Positions 8,931 through 17,290 of a stretch of 64,000 bases of DNA are shown here, one piece after another. The position numbers were made by a program, and so were the translations under genes. Origin of the DNA: Dehalococcoidia bacterium (lineage in GTDB: Bacteria; Chloroflexota; Dehalococcoidia; Plut-88900). The stretch is taken from assembly GCA_965207225.1 (NCBI GenBank), contig CBDBLV010000002.1, forward strand, positions 192,001 through 256,000. The letters run 5' to 3'. Under the pieces are notes generated by a model. That model had not been told where the DNA came from. It did no database searches and saw only the letters and a program-made list of their open reading frames with translations. The first letter of the stretch is position 1. Each line of letters begins with the position of its first letter.

Positions 8931-8973
8931 GGGCAAATGTGCGGCTTTTTGGGGAGAATATCCCCCCGGTCCT

Positions 8974-9125
8974 CCCCAAGGGAACCCTCACCCCCTTGGT
9001 CCCTCTCTCCCCCGTATCGGAGTACGGGGCAGGCTCAGGGCCTATAAGGGAGAGGGGGAGAGGAGAACAGAGGCCCGCGTGGGTGCGACGCACCCACGCG
9101 GGCCTCTAGTTCAGTACTGGGGGAG
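8974..9125. repeat. ~150-bp palindromic cassette; inverted copy at 62159-62310, partial copy at 63461-63540
   Basis: Shared CCCAGTACTGAACTAGAGG...GTGGGTGC/GCACCCAC...CCCTCTCCCTT...GGGGGTGAGGGTTCCC. Confidence 0.85.
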
Positions 9126-9169
9126 GGATGGTTCGGTTTTGAAGGAGCGATCCAAGTCTTAGCGTGTAT

Positions 9170-9620
9170 GGCGGACAGGGTACCCACGAGGGGCACCCCT
9201 ACAGGGAGGGATAAATATGAGTCCCACCCGCCCGCCCTGTTTTATTTGAATTATCAGAAATGCTGCCAAGCAGCATTTCTGATAATTCGTTACCAGGGGG
9301 GATGTCAGGAAGAAGTGAGAGTGGCAAGGATTGGGGTAGGGTTAAGGAGGGGCGCTTGAGATTCCTCGCGGAGCCTCGGGATGACAAGAGGGGAAGGTGG
9401 TTGTTGGTGATGGAAGGGCGAGACGGGTTGACAAGGTGTGGGGCACCCCCCGCTGCCCCGGGATCACCCTCACCCCAGCCCTCTCCCGTCGAGGGAGAGG
9501 GGGTAAGGACACCCCACCCAACCCCGCAGGATGGATTCCGGCTCGGGGGCCGGAATGACGGGAGGAAGGGGGTCGGAATGATGGGAAAGGAAGGTTGGGA
9601 TGGTAGGAGGGTTGGGTGTG
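9170..9620. repeat. Mosaic of REP-like short palindromes
   Basis: GTAG-GGGTGCCC/GGGTACCC (minus), 19-bp perfect hairpin 9248-9288, TGTCATCCCGAGG...GAG(G/A)ATCTC unit shared with 63062 and 63242, CCCTCTCCC...GGGAGAGGG. Confidence 0.7.
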
Positions 9621-9665
9621 ATATCATCGAAGTGACCCCAGAGACGCCCTTTTTTCGGAGGAAGC

Positions 9666-10025
9666 ATGAACGTAATTGACCCTGAAAACATCGCCAAGCA
9701 GATAAGCACCATGCCCATATTCACTGGGGGAGAAGTGAAGGTGCAGCCACTGGTGAGCACGGAGCACACCGACACCCTGAACATGCTGCACGTTCACTTC
9801 GCGGCCGGGGCCCGGACGAAGTTCCACACCCATACCAACGACCAGGTCCTGCTGGCCACCGAGGGAGAGGGGATAGTCGCGACACGGGAGCGGGAGCAGG
9901 TGATGACGCCGGGGATGGTGATCCACGTGCCGCCCGGAGAGGTGCACTGGCACGGGGCGACGAAGCACTCGGCGTTTTCCCACATTTCCATCAACCCTGC
10001 GATGGAAACCGAGATAGTTGAATAG
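9666..10025 (+). CDS. Cupin-domain protein
   Basis: ARTKFHTH...Q.L...GEG, PGEVHWHGA. Confidence 0.88.
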   Translation: MNVIDPENIAKQISTMPIFTGGEVKVQPLVSTEHTDTLNMLHVHFAAGARTKFHTHTNDQVLLATEGEGIVATREREQVMTPGMVIHVPPGEVHWHGATKHSAFSHISINPAMETEIVE

Positions 10026-10046
10026 GCGGCGCAAGTGAAAGCAAAC

Positions 10047-10466
10047 ATGAATTGTCCCAGGTGCGACGTGGGCCTGGATATCGAGCAGCACAAGGGCATA
10101 GAGATCGACAGGTGCCCTCGATGCGAGGGCCTGTGGCTGGACCACGTGGAGCTAGACCAGCTGGAGGACACTGCGTTCGACAAGGACGAGCTGAAGGGGA
10201 TGATGGAGTACAACCCCCGGACGAGCGAAATCGACTGCCCGAGGTGCGGGGCCCGGATGACGACCTTCAACTACCGGGCCTACAACCTGCCGATTGACAC
10301 CTGCAAGGAAGAGCACGGGTACTGGCTGGACAAGGGCGAGGACAAGCGGGTCATAGAGATAATGAAGCAGCGGATCAAGGACCTGGACCGGAAATCCAAG
10401 GCAGAAGCGCAGTGGTACGGATTTCTGTCGAAGCTGGGCAGGAAGAAGGGCGGGCTTTTCGGATAG
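10047..10466 (+). CDS. Tandem zf-TFIIB zinc-finger protein
   Basis: Two repeats: CPRC...IDRCPRCEGLWLD and CPRC...IDTC...HGYWLD. Confidence 0.85.
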   Translation: MNCPRCDVGLDIEQHKGIEIDRCPRCEGLWLDHVELDQLEDTAFDKDELKGMMEYNPRTSEIDCPRCGARMTTFNYRAYNLPIDTCKEEHGYWLDKGEDKRVIEIMKQRIKDLDRKSKAEAQWYGFLSKLGRKKGGLFG

Positions 10467-10628
10467 GGCCCGTGTCCATTGGCTTAGGGCGGGCTTGGTA
10501 TAATGGTTGAGTCGGGGGGAGTTCCACAGACAATGCGAGGTCCCAGGGGACCCGCGAATTTCACGTAACGGGTATCGGGAGGCCCTTTTAGTCCTGGCAG
10601 AGGCCTCAGCCTGGAGGGAGATGAGACC

Positions 10629-10937
10629 ATGCTTGTACGGGTGCTTATAGAGAGACACATCAAAGAGGGCCACGAGTCCGAGGCGGCGGACAAGATCCTG
10701 GAGATGAGAAAGCAGGCCACGACTTTTCCGGGCTATGTGTCGGGGGAGACGCTGGCCGACACGGCAGACCACCAGACGGTGATTATCGTCAGCACGTGGC
10801 ACTCCAGGGAAGACTGGCAGAAGTGGGACGCCAGCCCGGAGCACCGGGCATCCGCCAAATCGCTGGAGCCGCTTCTTGAGGGGCCGGCGACCGTGAGGAC
10901 GTTCGTGAACCCGTGGGATGCGCTGCTGGACAGCTAG
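10629..10937 (+). CDS. Antibiotic biosynthesis monooxygenase (ABM) family protein
   Basis: PGYVSGETL, STWHSREDW.KW.ASPEH. Confidence 0.8.
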   Translation: MLVRVLIERHIKEGHESEAADKILEMRKQATTFPGYVSGETLADTADHQTVIIVSTWHSREDWQKWDASPEHRASAKSLEPLLEGPATVRTFVNPWDALLDS

Positions 10938-10963
10938 CAAGCCGGACTTAGCGGTCTAGTCCT

Positions 10964-11971
10964 CTAGCTGAATAGGAAGCCTTCTTTGAGGGGGTCCCGG
11001 GGGTCGATGAGGAACTGGTGGGAACCGGTTATGTATGCCGAACCTGTAACCTCCGGTATCACCGCCGGATAGCCGTCCACCCTTCCCTCCTCCACAATCC
11101 TGCTCTTGAATACCGTGCCCAGTATGCTTTCGTTGACGAACTCCTCGCCGATGCCTATGCGGCCCTGAGCGTGAAGGAGGGCGAGTCGGGCGGAGGTGCA
11201 GGTACCGCAGGGCGACCTGTCGAAGGAGCTCTGGGCGAAGACCATCATGTTGCGGGCATGGATGCCGGGTGAAGGGTTGTCGACGTACATGATGACACCA
11301 TGCAGGGGGCTAATCCCGGCCTCGGTGGGGTGGCTGATTTCGAGCTGGTCCAGGGCGGCGTCCCGGAAAGCGATGCCGCGCTCCACAAGCCGGTTAACGT
11401 TGCCCGGCACAAGCTCCAACCCCAGCCGCTCCACGGGGAGGACCGCATAGAAATTACCGCCGTAGACGATGTCGGCAAGGACCTTGCCGCCTTGGAAATC
11501 GACTTGGACATCCTGCATATAGACAAAGGATGGCACGTTTCGCAACGTTATTTCCTTGACGTTGCCATCGTGGTCCACGGCGGCTCGGGCGTGGACCGTG
11601 CCACTCACAGTGTCGAGCCGCACCTCGGTATAGGGATGGACGGGGGTGATCCAGCCGGTCTCGATGAGGGTGGTAACGATGCCGATTGTGCCGTGACCGC
11701 ACATTCCCTGAAAGTCGAGGGAGTCCATAAACAGAACGCCGATATCGCTGTCTTCGTTAACCGGGGCCGTGATGACTGCGAGGATGATCTCCGCATTGCC
11801 GCGAGGCTCGAGAGTTAGGGCTTTCCAAACGGAGCCCAGATTTTTGGAAAAGAACTCACGCTTGTCGGCCATGGTCGGGCCCGGGATGTGGGGAATGCCG
11901 CCGGTGATCATGCGGGTGCGTTCGCCCGCAGTGTGGGAATCGATGGTGGAAATTACTCTCTGAGTCTTCAC
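10964..11971 (-). CDS. Proline racemase/hydroxyproline epimerase family (paralog B)
   Basis: DSHTAGE, MCGHG, DRSPCGTCTSAR. Confidence 0.9.
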   Translation of the reverse strand: MKTQRVISTIDSHTAGERTRMITGGIPHIPGPTMADKREFFSKNLGSVWKALTLEPRGNAEIILAVITAPVNEDSDIGVLFMDSLDFQGMCGHGTIGIVTTLIETGWITPVHPYTEVRLDTVSGTVHARAAVDHDGNVKEITLRNVPSFVYMQDVQVDFQGGKVLADIVYGGNFYAVLPVERLGLELVPGNVNRLVERGIAFRDAALDQLEISHPTEAGISPLHGVIMYVDNPSPGIHARNMMVFAQSSFDRSPCGTCTSARLALLHAQGRIGIGEEFVNESILGTVFKSRIVEEGRVDGYPAVIPEVTGSAYITGSHQFLIDPRDPLKEGFLFS

Positions 11972-11991
11972 TGCCCCTCAACCAGTTCCTT

Positions 11992-12999
11992 CTAACCCAG
12001 CAGGAAACCCTCTTTGAGCGGGTCCCGGGGGTCGATGAAGAACTGGTGGGAGCCGGTCAGGTACGCCGAGCCCGTGACCTCCGGCACGATTGCCGGATAG
12101 CCGTCCACCCGACTCTCCTCTACTATCCGGCTTCGGAAGACCGTGCCGAGAATGCTTTCGTGGATGAACTCTTCGCCCACGCCGATTCTGCCCTGGGCGT
12201 GAAGAAGGGCCAGCCGGGCGGAGGTGCCGGTGCCGCAGGGCGACCTGTCGAAGGAATGCTGGGCAAAGGTCATGATGTTGCGGGCATGAATGCCGGGGGA
12301 GGGGTTGTCGACGTACATCTCGACACCGTGCAGGGGGTTGATTCCGGGCTCGGTGGGATGACTGATTTCAAGCTGGTCCCGAGCGGCGTCCCGGAAAGCG
12401 ATGCCGCGCTCCACGAGCCTGCCGACATTGCCGGGGGCCAGCTCCAGGCCCAGACGCTCCACGGGCAGAATCGCAAAGAAGTTTCCGCCGTATACGATGT
12501 CCGTCAGGACTTTCCCTCCGTCGAAGTCGACCTGGGCGTCCTGCATGTAGACGAAGGATGGGACGTTACGCAGTGTCACTTCCTTGACGTTGCCCTCGTG
12601 GTCCACGGCGGCCCGGGCGTACACCGAGCCGGTCAGGGTGTCGAGCCGCACCTCGGTATAGGGATGGACGGGGGTGATCTGGCCGGTCTCGATGAGCGTT
12701 GTGACGATGCCGATTGTGCCGTGGCCGCACATGCCTTCGAAGCCGAGGGAGTCCATGAACATAACGCCGATATCGCTGCCTTCGTTCACGGGATCGGTAA
12801 TCACTGCGACGATGATCTCGGCATCTCCGCGGGGCTCTAGGGTGAGGACCTTGCGGACGAAATCCAGGTTTTGGGAGAAGAACTCCCGCTTGTCGGCCAT
12901 GGTCGGGCCCGGGATGTTGGGGATGCCGCCGGTGACCATGCGCGTGCGTTCGCCCGCGGTGTGGGAATCTATGGTTGAGATAATCCTCTGAGCCTTCAT
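11992..12999 (-). CDS. Proline racemase/hydroxyproline epimerase family (paralog A)
   Basis: DSHTAGE, MCGHG, DRSPCGTGTSAR; start set at ATG 12999 by alignment to paralog B. Confidence 0.9.
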   Translation of the reverse strand: MKAQRIISTIDSHTAGERTRMVTGGIPNIPGPTMADKREFFSQNLDFVRKVLTLEPRGDAEIIVAVITDPVNEGSDIGVMFMDSLGFEGMCGHGTIGIVTTLIETGQITPVHPYTEVRLDTLTGSVYARAAVDHEGNVKEVTLRNVPSFVYMQDAQVDFDGGKVLTDIVYGGNFFAILPVERLGLELAPGNVGRLVERGIAFRDAARDQLEISHPTEPGINPLHGVEMYVDNPSPGIHARNIMTFAQHSFDRSPCGTGTSARLALLHAQGRIGVGEEFIHESILGTVFRSRIVEESRVDGYPAIVPEVTGSAYLTGSHQFFIDPRDPLKEGFLLG

Positions 13000-13100
13000 G
13001 ACCCTGCCCCCGATGCCAAGTGTGGGGCCATTGTACAACAGGCGCGGGTGATAATATGAGGTCGGGTTTCGGCCCCAGACCAGGAGCAAGGAGAGTCGTC

Positions 13101-13439
13101 ATGCCGTTCTATGACCCGAAGGCGCTGAAGGGCAAGGAGATTGCGCCGGGGGCGCATATACAGCCGTTGTGGGGAGACAAGGTGATGATGGTGTACATCA
13201 CGCTGGAGCCCGGGGCGGAGGTGCCCCTCCATACCCATCCCCACGAGCAGGCCGGCATGTGCCTGGAGGGAGAGTTCGAGCTGACGATAGACGGTGAAGC
13301 GCGGATGGTGAAGGAAGGGGACGCCTACCTTGTGCCGTCGGGGGTGGAGCACCGGGCGGTGGCGATTTCGGGTCGGGCGTTGGCGCTGGACATCTTTGCG
13401 CCGCCTCGGGAGGACTTCATAGCGCTGTTGGAGGATTGA
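13101..13439 (+). CDS. Cupin-domain protein
   Basis: PLHTHPHEQ...GVEH...DIFAPPREDF; AGGAG RBS before ATG 13101. Confidence 0.88.
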   Translation: MPFYDPKALKGKEIAPGAHIQPLWGDKVMMVYITLEPGAEVPLHTHPHEQAGMCLEGEFELTIDGEARMVKEGDAYLVPSGVEHRAVAISGRALALDIFAPPREDFIALLED

Positions 13440-13669
13440 ATAAAACGCGTCGATGCATTCCAAAACCCCTTGGAAAGGGAGTCGGGTTGTAGTATAGTCA
13501 CGGGAACTAAGCTGTTCAGTCATCCGCTCGGGCCTCTAATTTTTCTATTGGAAAGGGGGTGGGCAGGGTAGGCAAACCGTTAGTTCATCTTGGCGGATTC
13601 CGAGGACCAACACCCGGCGGTCGCCAATAACTCTTTCCCTCGGAAATAACAGAAACTACGGAGGATGCT

Positions 13670-14173
13670 ATGGCTTGGGAATACTACCTGGGTTCCCTGC
13701 GGTGGTTACACATAATCGCAGGGATTACCTGGATCGGGCTCCTTTACTACTTCAACTTTGTCCAGACCCCTTCGTTCCCCAAATTTGAAGGCAGCTCAAG
13801 GCGAGACGCTTTCATAAACCTGGTGCCGACGGCCCTGTTCTGGTTCCGGTGGGCTGCCCTCGTCACCATGTTTGCCGGAGTCGCGTGGATACTGTCCCGC
13901 GGCGTACAGCTTGGCTGGGACGGCTACGTGGGGTCGAATGCGTTCAACTCGATAACGATAGGCGCGGGCCTCGGGACGATCATGTTCCTGAACGTCTGGC
14001 TGATAATCTGGCCGAACCAGAAGAAGATTATCCAGGCCAACAAGGACGGAGAGGCCCCGGACCCCGCGTGGGTCAGCGCGGCGGGACAGGCCTCCCGGGT
14101 CAACACGCTTCTGTCCATCCCGATGCTCTTCTTCATGATCGCCGCCAGGCACCTGGGGGTCCTCTGGAGCTAG
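13670..14173 (+). CDS. Urate hydroxylase PuuD-like membrane protein (N-terminal domain only)
   Basis: RWLHIIAGITWIGLLYYFNFVQ, WFRWAA, GTIMFLNVWLIIWPNQKK, SRVNTLLSIPMLFFM. Confidence 0.82.
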   Translation: MAWEYYLGSLRWLHIIAGITWIGLLYYFNFVQTPSFPKFEGSSRRDAFINLVPTALFWFRWAALVTMFAGVAWILSRGVQLGWDGYVGSNAFNSITIGAGLGTIMFLNVWLIIWPNQKKIIQANKDGEAPDPAWVSAAGQASRVNTLLSIPMLFFMIAARHLGVLWS

Positions 14174-14214
14174 AGCTAACGCAGGCAATACCTGTTTAAC
14201 GAAGGAGACGACAC

Positions 14215-14520
14215 ATGGAAGCGTTGCTAAAACCGATCTTTGCCGTATACGACCTGATTGCCAAGCCGCTGGCCGCGGTGCTCGAGCAAGTGCTCAAGGC
14301 GATCATGTCGATATTCGATGCGATTACACCGATACTCAGCCTGCCCTTCAAGATTCTAGAGATGATAATGCAGGTGTTTGAAGCTCCCTATGCAGCCATT
14401 TTCTCGCCGATATACAGGCCCTTCGGCGGGATACTGAGCGACCACAGGCTGGTCATCCTGACAGGGCTGCTGATGCTGGGGGTATTCATCCTGGTCATCA
14501 GGCTCACGCACGGGCTGTAA
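14215..14520 (+). CDS. Hypothetical amphipathic-helix membrane protein
   Basis: AAGGAG RBS; hydrophobic periodic N-terminus and a C-terminal TM helix. Confidence 0.7.
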   Translation: MEALLKPIFAVYDLIAKPLAAVLEQVLKAIMSIFDAITPILSLPFKILEMIMQVFEAPYAAIFSPIYRPFGGILSDHRLVILTGLLMLGVFILVIRLTHGL

Positions 14521-14543
14521 ACAGCACGGATACCGCTTGTGGA

Positions 14544-14578
14544 AAAAGGGGCCTCCCGCAAGTCGGGAGGCCCCTTTG
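14544..14578. terminator. Intrinsic terminator-like hairpin
   Basis: AAAAGGGGCCTCCCG-caagt-CGGGAGGCCCCTTT. Confidence 0.75.
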
Positions 14579-14654
14579 CCATGCCCCGCCCCTAGACCCG
14601 TTTTTTAGCCCTGATGTATACTTTCGACAAATATCCCCCCACAGGAATTCGCCC

Positions 14655-15797
14655 ATGAAAGTTGTCTGTCTCCAAGAGAATTTAAGCGCCGCGCTGTCTG
14701 AAGTCGGGAGGGCGGTGGCGTCACGAACACCCCTTCCAATCACGAGCAATGTCCTGATATCTACGGACAACGGGCGTCTGCGGCTGTCGGCGACCAACCT
14801 GGAGCTGACGATAACCAACTGGATCGGGGCTAGGGTGGAGGAGGACGGGGTGGTAACGGTGCCGGCGCGGCTGTTGACGGAGTTCGTCGGGTCTCTGCCG
14901 TCGGAGGAGGTGACGCTGAACAGTGAGTCGGGGGGGAAGAGCCTGAACGTGACCTGCGCCCGGTTCGAGGCCAACATCTCGGGCACCGACCCCGAGGAGT
15001 TCCCCCCAACGCCGACCGTCGAGGACGGCCTGGAGGTGGATATTGCCCCGGACATGCTGAAGCAGGCGATAGACGGGGTGGCCTTCGCAGCAGCGACGGA
15101 AGACTCGAGGCCCGTGCTCACGGGGGTGCAGATCGAGCTCAAAGAGGGGACATTGGTGCTGGCGGCGGCGGACGGGTTCCGGCTGGCGGTGCACGAGACG
15201 AAGGTCGGGGAGGAGCTGCCGGATGGCGGCGCAATAATCGTCCCCGCGAAGTCGCTGCAGGAGGCGAGCCGGCTGTCGTCGGGGAAAGACCAGCCGGTCA
15301 AGATCAAGGTCAACGAAGGCAAGACCCAGGTGCTGTTCCAGTTCGAGAATGCGGCTGTGGTCTCCCAGCTCATACAGGGCACGTTCCCCAACTACAGCCA
15401 GCTGGTGCCGAAGGAGCACGCATCGAAGACTACGGTGGACGTGGGAGAGTTCGCGAGGGCTACGCGGGCGGCCTCGATATTTGCCCGGGACGGCAGCGGG
15501 ATCGTGCGGCTGCAGACTTCCGAAAGTGGAGAGGACAACGTGGGAGGGCTGTCGATTTCGGCCCGCTCAGAAGAGGTCGGGGACAACCAGGGTGAGATTT
15601 CCGCCACGGTGGAGGGAGACGCGGCGAAGATTGCCTTCAACAGCAAGTACCTGACGGAGGTGCTGGGCGTTCTGGGACACGGGATGGTGGCACTGGAAAC
15701 GTCCAGCCCGTCGAGCCCCGGGGTGCTGAGACCCGTATCTCCCAGCGAGGGCGTGACCTATGTTCACGTCGTCATGCCCATGTTCGTCCAGTGGTAG
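14655..15797 (+). CDS. dnaN: DNA polymerase III beta clamp
   Basis: SATNLE, SRPVLTGV, AADGFRLA, GTFPNY, IAFNSKYL, VVMPM. Confidence 0.96.
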   Translation: MKVVCLQENLSAALSEVGRAVASRTPLPITSNVLISTDNGRLRLSATNLELTITNWIGARVEEDGVVTVPARLLTEFVGSLPSEEVTLNSESGGKSLNVTCARFEANISGTDPEEFPPTPTVEDGLEVDIAPDMLKQAIDGVAFAAATEDSRPVLTGVQIELKEGTLVLAAADGFRLAVHETKVGEELPDGGAIIVPAKSLQEASRLSSGKDQPVKIKVNEGKTQVLFQFENAAVVSQLIQGTFPNYSQLVPKEHASKTTVDVGEFARATRAASIFARDGSGIVRLQTSESGEDNVGGLSISARSEEVGDNQGEISATVEGDAAKIAFNSKYLTEVLGVLGHGMVALETSSPSSPGVLRPVSPSEGVTYVHVVMPMFVQW

Positions 15798-15866
15798 CCT
15801 GACCAGTCGCCGCCGCGTTTCCCGCTTCGGCCGGGGTCTTTTTCCTATTCAGCAGGGAGGTGCAAC

Positions 15867-16973
15867 ATGACCAGTGATCCAGCAGCTACAAGGGACCAGC
15901 GAATCGCGTCGCTGAAGATCATCGACGAATACTATTGGATGCTATTGCGGCATCTCACGATACATACGCGGGCGAGACTGGGGGAGCCGGGGATGAAGGC
16001 CCTGGGTGAAGGGTTCCGGCTGGCCGGTCGGTACAGGGGTCAGTCGATGGCGGAGGACCCGGCGACATTGGCGTCGGGGAACGACGCATTGTCTCTGCTC
16101 AGGGCGTGGGACGTGGCGGACCTGGCCTTTGCGCACCCGGACTCGGTGGTGGAGGTGGAGGGCGGGCCTGCTGCGGCGACGGTCATGCTGCCGAGCGTGC
16201 CGGGGAGCGAGTACTTTGCGAAGCGAGGCGGGGCGGAGATCCTGGCATTGTACTGGAGCAATACGCTGCAGGGGATTGCCGAGGGATTTGACGAGGAGAT
16301 GTCCGTGTCGCATACGGAGATACCGGCGGACGGGTCCGGGCCTATGGCGATAACGTTTTCGTATGCGGGAGATACCGCGGGGGCCTCTGGGGAGATGCCC
16401 AGGGACAGGCTGGCAGACGTTGCGTCATCGATCCTGTTTTCGCGCAGGACCTTTGGGGTGTTCGGGGCGTTGGGCATGTACGTGGCCCGGGCGATGGAGG
16501 ATAATTTTGACGCTACTGCTGAGAAGCTGATGCGTGAGGCGTTGTACGATTTCGGGTATGAGCGGGGGGAGGGGATGAAGGCAGAGGCGGTTTCGAGCGA
16601 AATGCCGCTCGACTTCGAGACGTGGACGGACATTATCAGCCGGCGTGACCCGAACTCCACTTGCTTCGTGTTCAAGGGGTCCAGTCACGTGTCTCCTGGG
16701 GTAATGCACACGACGTGCACCTACTGCCCCTGCGCGGAGGTCTGGGCCGAAGAGGGGCACCAGGGCCTGGCCTTTGGATACATCTACGACACGGAAGTGC
16801 ACCGGGGGCTGGTGGAGGCCTTTGACCCCAACGGCGTGGTGGGGTGGTCCAAGGTGAAGACCCGGGGCGACAAGGTGTGCGACTTCCGGTTCATATTGCC
16901 GTCGCTGGTCACGAAGTCGGACCCGGAGTGGGCGCAGCAACAGGGGAGGATTCGGACGCCTGTCGAAGGGTAG
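15867..16973 (+). CDS. L-2-amino-thiazoline-4-carboxylate hydrolase-like (V4R/H-NOX-like) protein, two tandem domains
   Basis: C-terminal 'ALYDFGYERG...YCPCAEVW...GDKVCDFRF'; N-terminal half repeats the layout. Confidence 0.6.
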   Translation: MTSDPAATRDQRIASLKIIDEYYWMLLRHLTIHTRARLGEPGMKALGEGFRLAGRYRGQSMAEDPATLASGNDALSLLRAWDVADLAFAHPDSVVEVEGGPAAATVMLPSVPGSEYFAKRGGAEILALYWSNTLQGIAEGFDEEMSVSHTEIPADGSGPMAITFSYAGDTAGASGEMPRDRLADVASSILFSRRTFGVFGALGMYVARAMEDNFDATAEKLMREALYDFGYERGEGMKAEAVSSEMPLDFETWTDIISRRDPNSTCFVFKGSSHVSPGVMHTTCTYCPCAEVWAEEGHQGLAFGYIYDTEVHRGLVEAFDPNGVVGWSKVKTRGDKVCDFRFILPSLVTKSDPEWAQQQGRIRTPVEG

Positions 16974-17113
16974 GCCGGTCTCGCGGGTTGGGCATAGGTG
17001 GCTATGCGGGCCATCGTTTCCCCCTCACCCTGGCTCTCTCCCGGTCTATGCACCTCCCAGGGAAAGGGTTAAGGGGAGAGCTCACTCTCCCCTCATAAGC
17101 CGCACATTTGCTC

Positions 17114-17142
17114 TTGACACACCTGTCCGACAGTACTATCAT
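17114..17142 (+). promoter_or_regulatory. Sigma70 promoter upstream of element copy 2
   Basis: TTGACA-17 nt-TATCAT. Confidence 0.7.
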
Positions 17143-17290
17143 ATCCTGCGGTCGAACAAATATCTGATAATAAAAGGAGGAACCAAAACCCCGGGGAGGC
17201 CCGAGCACGACCCAGAGGATGTAACCCCCGAGACGTCGGGGACGCCATCTCCTCACCCCACGGGTCCCGTGCTCCTTCCCCATCCATCCA

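Noticed and set aside
13570-13610. c-di-GMP-I riboswitch (GGCAAACC)
   Set aside because: No GAAA tetraloop or GCAAAG/receptor elements follow
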